Below are positions 50,312-59,308 of a stretch of 64,000 nt of DNA, one piece after another. The DNA lies in the IMG/VR virus record IMGVR_UViG_3300032038_000061, positions 7,259-71,258 of that record. The stretch is one strand, 5' to 3'. The number at the start of each line of letters is the position of its first letter. The first letter of the stretch is position 1. This DNA comes from a virus. Its lineage: Duplodnaviria; Caudoviricetes. The notes below the pieces were generated by a model. It saw only the letters and a list, made by a program, of their open reading frames with translations. It did not search any database and was not told the DNA's origin. A program made the position numbers and the translations under genes.

Positions 50312-51007
50312 ATGAATGAAAAGTTGCTTTGGTTCAATGATAAGATTCAATTCATGTTTCATTCCAACATTGTTGAATATGATATGAGGGCAATGTCTGT
50401 ATCTATTTCAGAGAAATATGGTTTATTGGATGATGAAACAATCAGAATATTGAAGCTTTTACCAAAGGAACAAAGAACGAAAAGAGTTGGTTTAATTCAG
50501 AGAGATGATAAAAACTTCTCAGACTCACTAATATCTTGTGAATTAGAAATACGTAGAAAATTCTTAGAAGCCAATGGTTTGGATGAATCCAATGTTTTAT
50601 CATTACACTCTGATGCATGTATCTTTTCATCAAAAAAGGAAATCATCAATATTATCGACGGAATAGAATTCAAACACGAGAACACTTGGACATCATATAT
50701 CAACTTTAACAACATTGAAATGTTTTATTCAAACGGATGCATTACATACAAAGGAATTCCTAAGGATATGCTATACCAACATACTTTAGGAATCAATAAA
50801 TACTTGTGTAATGTATTCGATAAAGTTGAAAACTACGATTATGATATAATCACTTATCTTAACAAGTTTCAGAAGAAATACTTGCAAGATAAATTACCTG
50901 ATTATTATTATATTCCATTTGGTAAGAATGGAACTTATAAAATGTCAAACTTACAGTTGTTTTCATTCATTGCAAATGTTGTATTGAATGATATGAAAGG
51001 ATGGTAA
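50312..51007 (+). CDS. Minimal family-B DNA polymerase-like palm/fingers protein (231 aa)
   Basis: EYDMRAMSVSI (motif A-like), K..R...VG.IQR (motif B-like), LSLHSDACIF (motif C-like), YKGIPK. Confidence 0.45.
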   Translation: MNEKLLWFNDKIQFMFHSNIVEYDMRAMSVSISEKYGLLDDETIRILKLLPKEQRTKRVGLIQRDDKNFSDSLISCELEIRRKFLEANGLDESNVLSLHSDACIFSSKKEIINIIDGIEFKHENTWTSYINFNNIEMFYSNGCITYKGIPKDMLYQHTLGINKYLCNVFDKVENYDYDIITYLNKFQKKYLQDKLPDYYYIPFGKNGTYKMSNLQLFSFIANVVLNDMKGW

Positions 51008-51657
51008 TTATGGATTTATTCTATTTTGAATTTTCATCATGTAAACAGAAATCTGATGAGCAATTCAATTATCGAGTATTTGCAGAATCGATGAATGATA
51101 TGAACATGTTCTTGATACAACATAATCTGCATGATCAAGTACAGAATGTTGAGGTTGTTGATCCAGCTCATCCTACTAATCTTGATACTGTGTCTTATAA
51201 CATGATAAAACCTTTTGTGTTTGGATCTAATAAATCCAAAGAAATCTTTACAATTTATACATCTGAAGAATTTGTGTCAGATGCTGTAGGTAGAGTTGGT
51301 TCAAAATTATCCGCTTCTCTATTATTTGGAGAAGCTATTACAAGAACGGATGTTGAATTATTTGATAGATTGGCTAATTTAATTAATGATCTTCCTTACT
51401 GTGATATTATCGATTTTGAATTAATGAATCAAGAATCCAATTTAATAATGGAATTCAAAGAAAAAAGAAATGAATACTTTTATTATACAGGAATCGCTCC
51501 TGCTGAAGATGGGGCTGAAGCCTTGATATATCAAGGCTTATATGATTCAATGCAAGCGGCAATGGATGATACTTGTTATTTAACGGATTCTATACAACCT
51601 ATTACAGTCGAAGCTTATGTAAAGGCATTCACTGATAGAATGATTGACAGTTATTAA
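51001..51657 (+). CDS. Acidic hypothetical protein (about 215 aa)
   Basis: Coupled to the previous gene; likely start ATG 51010. Confidence 0.75.
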   Translation: MVIMDLFYFEFSSCKQKSDEQFNYRVFAESMNDMNMFLIQHNLHDQVQNVEVVDPAHPTNLDTVSYNMIKPFVFGSNKSKEIFTIYTSEEFVSDAVGRVGSKLSASLLFGEAITRTDVELFDRLANLINDLPYCDIIDFELMNQESNLIMEFKEKRNEYFYYTGIAPAEDGAEALIYQGLYDSMQAAMDDTCYLTDSIQPITVEAYVKAFTDRMIDSY

Positions 51658-51672
51658 GAGGAGAATGTTAAT

Positions 51673-52071
51673 ATGGCATCTAAAAAAGAATTATCAATAT
51701 CTGAATTGGTTGAAACTCATAAACCCAAGAATTTCAAATATAAATACATCTTCACTGATGATTCTATATTTGATCAATTGGTTAATGAAGGATATGATGT
51801 ACTATCATTGGATACTATAGAGAATGACGATTTGGTTCAAGCTGCTTTAAATGCTCATTATGATGAATATGATAGTAGCATAATAGGAAAAGCAAAAGAA
51901 CCGACCATCATGAATGATGGAATTATTGTATCAAAAAAGATGGTTACTAAAGCAGGAAAGAAACTGTTAAAGTTTATGATGGGTTTCTTCAACTATGGAG
52001 AATATCGTTACATTGCAATCAAAATGCATTATGAGAAATTCGACATACTTGAAATATTTGTATTAATATAA
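51673..52071 (+). CDS. Hypothetical protein (132 aa)
   Basis: GAGGAG SD. Confidence 0.75.
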   Translation: MASKKELSISELVETHKPKNFKYKYIFTDDSIFDQLVNEGYDVLSLDTIENDDLVQAALNAHYDEYDSSIIGKAKEPTIMNDGIIVSKKMVTKAGKKLLKFMMGFFNYGEYRYIAIKMHYEKFDILEIFVLI

Positions 52072-52100
52072 AATGATTGGGGCTTTACGCCCCAATCATT
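52072..52100. terminator. Bidirectional terminator AATGATTGGGGC/GCCCCAATCATT
   Basis: Between convergent genes. Confidence 0.75.
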
Positions 52101-52112
52101 ATATTTTTTTCA

Positions 52113-53243
52113 TCAAGTATTAATTACGTTATAAGGATTCTGTACAGAAGTTGATGTACCAAGACCTCCCGCATCATCACCCTGATAAATCACTCTATGA
52201 TCAGCAGGATTGAGTGCATGAGGAGCTGGAGCGGTTCTATTGATCTTCTCCTGATTTGCATACATAACAGGGGCATTACCAAGGCCAGACTGAACAGCGT
52301 CGAGTGAAGGACGAACACCACCTCTGAAGATAGGTGTATCAATACGACCAGTGCTCTGTTCAGTAAAGAATGCATCACCAGCACCAGGATTGAAGTTAAG
52401 TGAGTTGCCAAAGATAGCAAACTGTTTAACGTATCTTGTTGCAAGGTCGTTTACATAAGCAGACTGAACATATTGACAGTTATAAACGAGGTTTATTGTA
52501 GCAATCTGAGATTGTCCATTACCGTTTGAATTGAATATTTCGTTACCAACTTTAGATGCAGGAACACAACCCAATGCCATTACAGCAGCTTCTACACGAG
52601 CACCTGAACGATCAAGTGCAATTATAAGAAATTCTGCTACTTCCCATGCAGGTGAAGGTTCAAGAGCAATACCTGATGCTGATCCAATTGCATCAGCACC
52701 TGTGTTTGCAGAGAATATTCTCTGAGGAGTATTTCCTTCACCAACACTTCCTGCAACGAGTCCGTGATATGTGGTAAGACCTGTAATAGGATCTGCAATA
52801 CCATCAATCCACATGTTATGGAAGTTAGCAACAGGACGACCAACAAGTTCAGGAACCTGAATTGTTAACTGTTGACCAGACTGAGTATTCTGTGTTGTTG
52901 GTACATTTATGCTTCTACCAGCAAAGCCACCCTGAAGAGGTGCTGGTGCTAATGCAGAATCACCGATGTTGCATGTAATACCTGTGTTATAATATTCAAC
53001 AATTTTTTTGTATGTTCCGAAGGCTGAAGTTGGTGAATATGCATTTAGATCATTTCCATTACCACCGAAGTAATGCATGAGGAAATAGGGTCCTCTGTAC
53101 ATAACGCAGATGACCCTATTGGTTGTTAACGGATTAAGACTTTTGAGGGTATGTATATCTGGGGTAAGACCACCAAGCATACCGGTATACTCTGAAAGAT
53201 TTCCATTATATTCACGAATTCCGGTTTGTAAACTAATAGCCAT
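52113..53243 (-). CDS. Tail tube protein
   Basis: Directly after the sheath; LTIQVPELVGRPVANFHNMWIDGIADPITG tube pattern; strong codon bias. Confidence 0.75.
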   Translation of the reverse strand: MAISLQTGIREYNGNLSEYTGMLGGLTPDIHTLKSLNPLTTNRVICVMYRGPYFLMHYFGGNGNDLNAYSPTSAFGTYKKIVEYYNTGITCNIGDSALAPAPLQGGFAGRSINVPTTQNTQSGQQLTIQVPELVGRPVANFHNMWIDGIADPITGLTTYHGLVAGSVGEGNTPQRIFSANTGADAIGSASGIALEPSPAWEVAEFLIIALDRSGARVEAAVMALGCVPASKVGNEIFNSNGNGQSQIATINLVYNCQYVQSAYVNDLATRYVKQFAIFGNSLNFNPGAGDAFFTEQSTGRIDTPIFRGGVRPSLDAVQSGLGNAPVMYANQEKINRTAPAPHALNPADHRVIYQGDDAGGLGTSTSVQNPYNVINT

Positions 53244-53267
53244 ATATTATCTCTCCTTTCTACCAAA

Positions 53268-56200
53268 TTATTCGGAATCTGTACGTCTGTTAACATTTAC
53301 GATTATTGGTACTCTGAGGATGAGACCACGGAATGTAACGTTGACGTAGCAAACTACGATTTCACCACCGTCTGTTGGATTAATATCTCTTCTGAACGTT
53401 ATATCCAGAGCTTGTACTAGATTACCAACCCAACCAGCAAACATGTTATCACATTCATCCTTTAATGTTGCGAGTACGCCATCATCATAATATTCAAGGA
53501 GATATGAATCAATCTTATTCTGAAGGAGGAATACTAACTGAGAAAGTGTTCTCATATTATTCTCCTGAATGAGATCGGATGTATCACCCTCTCTATACAA
53601 TGTACGTTGAGACTTACGTTGGAGGTTTCCATTTATATCCATAACCCAAGCGTTACCACCTGAATTATATAACAATTCTCTCATCTCCCAATCGGTTGTA
53701 TCGATATCTGGGAAGAATGAAATATATTCGGATGGACCAATATTAGTATATTTTCCAGTGAAAGGTTTGTTAACAGAGTATTGTTTCATATGTGTAAACA
53801 TATTGTCAACAAGTCTTTTTGTGTATGTATAAGAGATTCCATCAGAACCAACGAAACCACCAATATCCCATGAAGCATTCGGGTTAGAGAATCTCTTAGC
53901 GAATGATTGGTTAATATTAAGGGCTGTTGCTGCATCTGTAATACCTGAGTCAAGATGTAATGATAATCCAGAACCAGGTCCGATAGGACGTTTATCTTCA
54001 GGAATTCCTTGATATACTCTGTATTCCATTAAGTCATACATTGCTTGTTTAACGTCAATATCAATAAATCCATCGGAAAGATTCTTGATGAGAGATTCAT
54101 CAAGAAGAACGGCTTCTTTTTCATCTTCATCATACATAGTTGACATATTGATCATTTCTGTTACAGTATAACTCATATAAGGAAGAATGGTTGGACCAAT
54201 GATTGTATTAAATCCACCATCAAAGAGATATTTAGCAGGTACTCTTGTTGGTGACATGATACGAGGATCTATTTCACCTTTGAATGCCTTAACGAGAAGC
54301 TCTGAATACATCCATTTGAATTCAATATCAGAAATATTTTCATCAAAGAATCCAGTATAACCATTTTCCATAGGAATACCACCGAGTTCTGATCTTGGGT
54401 TAATGCCATAAGATTCAGTGTTATAATAGTTATTAGGAATATTAAGCTTATCTTCAGTAATATAGTAAAGTGATCCCATAGTACCCTTGATAGAATATCT
54501 GTGAATAGATTTGGGATCTTCAGTATCTTTTTCTTTTTCAATACTTAATACATATACTTTGAATGGAGCATCCGTGGTTGTATCAGTTTTACTCTTAGGA
54601 GTATATGCAAAATTGAACTTTGTGATATTTTCATCAGTAAGTGTTACTTCTGCAACAGTATCAGTTGATTCAAAATCATTTGATGAATGAACATCATTGG
54701 TTATCTTATTATCAGTTACAGTAACAAAGTAAAGTCCTTCAGAAACAGTATCAATTAAACTGTGAAGATCCACAAGAGCCTCTTTTCTTTCATACCAAGT
54801 ATTTGTATTCCATTCATCACCAGTAACACCAGCTACATATGTTTCACCACTCTTCTTGTAGTATTGAGTAGGATCAAATGGAGATGGTTCTGTCTCTAGA
54901 GGTCCATCATATGTGTATGTCATAGTATCACTGCACTTAATGTATACCTTTTTATCAACAACAAAATTTTCATTAATTTGTTCATCAAGTTCTGAAATAA
55001 CAACAGAAACTTCAGTAACTTTATCATTCTCGATTTTATCAACATTTATTTCAGTTTTATTGTTTATGAGGAATCTAGCATTGGGTGATAGACTATTGGC
55101 ATTGTTATTATCAGGGTCAACAATAACTCGTGTTACTTTGGCACCGTCCTTATATTCTTTTTCTTTTTCAAATACGTCAAAGGCAAGACCAACATTATCC
55201 TGAACTGTTACGGATGAAGGCACTCTCGAAGATATGAATATTGTAGAAGGAATTTCATATCTGTAGTTAACATCAGTTGAAACCTCTTCAGTTACATCAT
55301 GTTTGTTTACATATACCTTACCACTACCTTCTGGATAATCCGTGCTTGATGCTTTAACAGGTGATTCAGTAAATTCACCATTGACGTCAATTATTGTAGC
55401 ACCAGCTCTACTCCAAGCCGTCTGAGTAGGTGTCTTTGCAAGCAAACTCATATTAGATGATGGGAATACGAGTCTTGCTCTTATATCATTATTATCGTTA
55501 AATATTCTTGTCTTTTCAGTATCACACTTGTAAGTTGATCCTTCCAATTTGTAATGAACTTCAACAAGATAGCATGTTGATGTAGAACCGAATCTAGATT
55601 CATCAACAGCAATGATATAATCATAATCAGATTCACTTGTTGGAACAAGTTTTGTCAACTTGGCAATTGTTACATCGATTTGATTATAAATGGCATTTTT
55701 AATTTTGTCTTCATCTGTAGAACCTGTAGCATTTGACGTATCAAATGTAATTACACAAGTAATTGTTGATTCTTCATCCTTAAATTCATTACTAGATTCA
55801 GAAGCCTTAACTCTCTTTCGTGCTTTATTGAGAGTAATTGTAGAAATAGCTCCTGTGTATTGGTTAATACCAGAAACCATTGCGATTGTAGGAGTTGTTC
55901 TATTAGTGAGGTAAAGATCACCAATATGTGTAACAACGGAATCATCAGGGTTTTCTTCAGTAATACCCTTGTAGAATGATTCGACACGTTCATAGAGTTT
56001 TGAAGGAACGGTATTGTCAAAATCATCTGAAGTTGTATTGATACGATATTCTTCAGTGAGACGAGGAATATCCATATCAAACATATCAACTTGGTAATAC
56101 GGTAACTGAATATCTCCGTCACCAGTATAAATATATCTACCAAAGATAGGATCAAAGGTATTAACTGTCAATGTTTTGTAGATAGTCTGTTGATACTTTG

Positions 56201-57107
56201 TTTCTTCGGTGAGTGTTGCATAAACATTGTTAACACAATCATCGAAGTTTTTCATATAATCTTTATAGAGTTCTTGTACAGCAGATTCATTCAATGTAGG
56301 AATAAGTACATCACTACCATCAACACGTCTGTTGACTACCGTATTTACAGTATCAATTGTATTTGTATACAGACCGTTATTGATGTTTATCAATGATGCA
56401 GTAAACTGCTCAACTACATTATTTGTTCTGGTATCAATTGTTGAGAAAAGATATGCAACGTTTGCAGGTCTCTTTCCCTGTGTAATAGGATTGATACACC
56501 AATTGAAATTGTTATATACAGAACCTCTACCAGCTGAAATGTATGTCATGAATACTCTCTGTTTCCAACCGGTTTTTCCTTCAACAGTCATGTTATCATC
56601 AGAAAATTCGGTTACGAGTTTTGCATTAAGACGAGCTGGATTTTTAAAACGTGCAAGAGTTACTCCATCAGGAAGACCATTATTCGAATAAACATCGGAA
56701 GACTGTTTGAAACGAACATGAATCTTTTTATCGTCAGCATCCCATCTCCATTGAACAAGTATGCAAGAAAATGCATATGTTGCGTCATCTGGAGTTACAC
56801 GCATGAACTTGATTGGTACATTCTGTGAAAGAAGACTTGGTCCATATGTTACAGATTGACCATATTTCTTAATATCATCGGATGAAATATAGTTCATTCC
56901 AAAAGCAACGTTGAGTACATCACTTCTGGTAATACTTACGATCTTATTATCAACACCCATGGGACAACCTGTGACAACAATTGTAGCATATAATGAAGGA
57001 TCAACAGCTGTTGTTACACCAAGCTCTCCAGCATACATTGAATTATCAACAATATGCACAACACTATGAGGCATAGAATATTTTAATCCATATTTTGAAT
57101 CAAGCAT
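53268..57107 (-). CDS. Contractile tail sheath protein with a large internal insertion (1279 aa)
   Basis: Sheath-like C-terminus (LQENNMRTL..LV...QNKIDSYLLEY...EIVVCYVNVTFRGLILRVPIIVNV); KYLFDGGF; precedes the tube gene. Confidence 0.8.
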   Translation of the reverse strand: MLDSKYGLKYSMPHSVVHIVDNSMYAGELGVTTAVDPSLYATIVVTGCPMGVDNKIVSITRSDVLNVAFGMNYISSDDIKKYGQSVTYGPSLLSQNVPIKFMRVTPDDATYAFSCILVQWRWDADDKKIHVRFKQSSDVYSNNGLPDGVTLARFKNPARLNAKLVTEFSDDNMTVEGKTGWKQRVFMTYISAGRGSVYNNFNWCINPITQGKRPANVAYLFSTIDTRTNNVVEQFTASLININNGLYTNTIDTVNTVVNRRVDGSDVLIPTLNESAVQELYKDYMKNFDDCVNNVYATLTEETKYQQTIYKTLTVNTFDPIFGRYIYTGDGDIQLPYYQVDMFDMDIPRLTEEYRINTTSDDFDNTVPSKLYERVESFYKGITEENPDDSVVTHIGDLYLTNRTTPTIAMVSGINQYTGAISTITLNKARKRVKASESSNEFKDEESTITCVITFDTSNATGSTDEDKIKNAIYNQIDVTIAKLTKLVPTSESDYDYIIAVDESRFGSTSTCYLVEVHYKLEGSTYKCDTEKTRIFNDNNDIRARLVFPSSNMSLLAKTPTQTAWSRAGATIIDVNGEFTESPVKASSTDYPEGSGKVYVNKHDVTEEVSTDVNYRYEIPSTIFISSRVPSSVTVQDNVGLAFDVFEKEKEYKDGAKVTRVIVDPDNNNANSLSPNARFLINNKTEINVDKIENDKVTEVSVVISELDEQINENFVVDKKVYIKCSDTMTYTYDGPLETEPSPFDPTQYYKKSGETYVAGVTGDEWNTNTWYERKEALVDLHSLIDTVSEGLYFVTVTDNKITNDVHSSNDFESTDTVAEVTLTDENITKFNFAYTPKSKTDTTTDAPFKVYVLSIEKEKDTEDPKSIHRYSIKGTMGSLYYITEDKLNIPNNYYNTESYGINPRSELGGIPMENGYTGFFDENISDIEFKWMYSELLVKAFKGEIDPRIMSPTRVPAKYLFDGGFNTIIGPTILPYMSYTVTEMINMSTMYDEDEKEAVLLDESLIKNLSDGFIDIDVKQAMYDLMEYRVYQGIPEDKRPIGPGSGLSLHLDSGITDAATALNINQSFAKRFSNPNASWDIGGFVGSDGISYTYTKRLVDNMFTHMKQYSVNKPFTGKYTNIGPSEYISFFPDIDTTDWEMRELLYNSGGNAWVMDINGNLQRKSQRTLYREGDTSDLIQENNMRTLSQLVFLLQNKIDSYLLEYYDDGVLATLKDECDNMFAGWVGNLVQALDITFRRDINPTDGGEIVVCYVNVTFRGLILRVPIIVNVNRRTDSE

Positions 57108-57233
57108 GATATTCTCTCCTTTTCTATTTTAATTTACAATTGAAGGGAATGAAAACATGAGGAATCGCGATTCATGTATGAATTCCCGCAATTATTTTTG
57201 TGTTGAATAAAGTATATTGTTGGGAGAAAAGAA

Positions 57234-57265
57234 AAAAAATAAGTCATCTACATGACTTATTTTTT
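57234..57265 (-). terminator. Terminator AAAAAATAAGTCAT-CTAC-ATGACTTATTTTTT
   Basis: Hairpin with A/T tracts on both sides. Confidence 0.75.
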
Positions 57266-57284
57266 CCATTATTATTTTTTAAAG

Positions 57285-57543
57285 TATCACATTGGAATCA
57301 TCCCCCTCCTACTCCTTTAATGCCGGGAGTACGACACCGATTTGCTGTCGGAGATACATATGGTCAAGCCAAGGGCTTTCAATACCATAATTAGGTAGCT
57401 CGCAACACTACCATTTCCATTGTAATGAGAACCCAATACCCCAATACTACGAATATTTCATAACTCATTTGGTTATGATTGATATTGGTATCATTACGGA
57501 CACGCGTGAATATTTAACGTCTCTTACGCTAAGACACATCGAC
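57285..57543 (-). ncRNA. Candidate multi-stem structured RNA (about 260-270 nt)
   Basis: GC-richer than its surroundings; nested stems GTAATGA/TCATTAC, CATAAC/GTTATG, GGTAG/CTACC, TATGGT/ACCATA, CCGA/TCGG, ACTCC/GGAGT, TGGAA/TTCCA; G-U pairs favour the - strand. Confidence 0.55.
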
Positions 57544-57545
57544 CA

Positions 57546-57968
57546 TTATAGATTATAATAGTCGATTAACTTTTTACAGTTCAATCGTGAACTTTTTGTA
57601 TTTTTATCCCAGCGACATTTTCTACCTGTACCGACATTTTGTTTTATCATTTCATCAGCCTTTCTTTTCGGAGAATGAAATGATATTTGAATCCTTTCGG
57701 ATTCAATTTTTGTTTCAAAATATGTTATATATGAAGGATAACCGTTTTGATCCGGTTTTTCTTCTATATAATAATTGAAAATTGTCTTATTCTTTCGAAT
57801 AAAATATAAAGCTTTAGATATATAAATATCTTTAACTTTATATTTTCCCCTTTCAGAGAATGATTGTTTGGTGTTATTGAATTTCAATTCGTAAATACCT
57901 TTTCCTGCATCAGATGCTATTTGAGCATTGCAGATAAGTTCAGATATCTTTTTATTGATATCTTTCAT
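57546..57968 (-). CDS. Small basic hypothetical protein (140 aa)
   Basis: AAAGGAG SD before ATG 57968; K/R-rich; QISFHSP motif. Confidence 0.75.
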   Translation of the reverse strand: MKDINKKISELICNAQIASDAGKGIYELKFNNTKQSFSERGKYKVKDIYISKALYFIRKNKTIFNYYIEEKPDQNGYPSYITYFETKIESERIQISFHSPKRKADEMIKQNVGTGRKCRWDKNTKSSRLNCKKLIDYYNL

Positions 57969-57995
57969 TTGGATCACTCCTTTAAATTTTATTTA

Positions 57996-58099
57996 ATAAG
58001 AGAGAAGATAAATTGTTATGTCGGGAGGATTATACCGATCATCCAGTTAGAGTTATCCATGAGATCACCGCTTTTCTGAATGGATTTCTTCTCTCTTAT
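57996..58099 (-). promoter_or_regulatory. Structured 5' leader closed by a 13-bp stem
   Basis: ATAAGAGAGAAGA / TCTTCTCTCTTAT inverted repeat just downstream of the promoter motif GTATATATTATT (58117-58106). Confidence 0.55.
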
Positions 58100-58182
58100 C
58101 ATATTAATAATATATACATAGAAAATCAAAATAATAGGAATTAAGGGTATAATACCAATGGTAGCATAGTAAAATAGCGTTA

Positions 58183-58208
58183 TATTCCGGGGCATATGCC
58201 CCGGAATA
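58183..58208 (-). terminator. Perfect palindrome TATTCCGGGGCATATGCCCCGGAATA
   Basis: Downstream of the 58216..59148 gene. Confidence 0.75.
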
Positions 58209-58215
58209 CATTACG

Positions 58216-59148
58216 TTATTTGAATTTTATCTCATATTCAACCATTCTGTCATCAATGGCTTTGCCACTGCTTCTATCGATTGACGTAATTCTTGAATCA
58301 GGTTTTGGATAATCAGGAACCATGTTGCCATCAGAATCATATGCAACATAATCAATGTCATCATCAGTATCACCTAATAAGACATATTGTCTGACACCCA
58401 TACGTTCATACTGAAGTTGTTGATTGGAAGATGTTGGTATTATATCATCCAACATACGTGCAGCATCATAAGAATCAGTATTGACATAATTCATATTAAG
58501 GTAGTTATTGGGATTATCAGCAGGAGCATCGAATATATTATCCAATACAGATCTTCCAATATCATTTACATTATAACTACTTCTACTACCAACATTAGTA
58601 CCACCACTAGAATCTTTTGCAATTGATTGTTGTTGTTTCAATCGAATATCCGCAATATTCTTTTTGATGTTTACCTGTTCTTTATTGATGTTAGTAATAG
58701 CAGATCTAGCAGCCGTTAAAGCTTGCATAGCTTCAACATCACTCTCATTCAAACCAAATTTACCCTTATCAGTTAAACTCTCCATAAGTCGTTTTTCAAA
58801 CAACTTGGTTATTTTCTGTTGGTCTGATGCTAATGCTCGTAAAGCAGTGATATCAGAGGAAAAAATACGATTGGGATCAATCTTAGTTTCTAATGCAGGA
58901 AATCTGCTTTGATCAGAAATATTCTGAAGTATGGGACTTATACTACCCCAGTTATTTGAAGCATATGGTGATATGTATCCATCCATATTATATAAAGCAG
59001 GAGTAGATTTAAAACTTTGAAATTCTGATTCAAAAACAGAACCATTCTGAGGATATTCAACATATGTTGGTTCGTATGTTGATGAATTGGGATTTTCCTC
59101 GGTCGGAAAAGTATTACCCATTGTAGTAAACATGTCTATGAAGTTCAT
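58216..59148 (-). CDS. Hypothetical protein (310 aa) with a central coiled coil
   Basis: ORF with AAAGGAG/GGAG SD. Confidence 0.75.
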   Translation of the reverse strand: MNFIDMFTTMGNTFPTEENPNSSTYEPTYVEYPQNGSVFESEFQSFKSTPALYNMDGYISPYASNNWGSISPILQNISDQSRFPALETKIDPNRIFSSDITALRALASDQQKITKLFEKRLMESLTDKGKFGLNESDVEAMQALTAARSAITNINKEQVNIKKNIADIRLKQQQSIAKDSSGGTNVGSRSSYNVNDIGRSVLDNIFDAPADNPNNYLNMNYVNTDSYDAARMLDDIIPTSSNQQLQYERMGVRQYVLLGDTDDDIDYVAYDSDGNMVPDYPKPDSRITSIDRSSGKAIDDRMVEYEIKFK

Positions 59149-59308
59149 TACTCCATCTCCTTTATCAATTATTAAGTATCAATTTGTTCTCCTCTTTTTC
59201 ATCATATTTCACAATATATAATATTATATAAAAACAATGTATATCTATACTACCCCTCAATTATATAATATATATATCAAGAAATTAGAAAAATAGAAAA
59301 TGAATATA

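Noticed and set aside
57188-57205. AR9-type late promoter AACA-N6-TA upstream of the sheath, and a shared AAAATAATT at 8294 and 34206
   Set aside because: Too short and AT-rich to distinguish from background, and not found consistently before other late genes.
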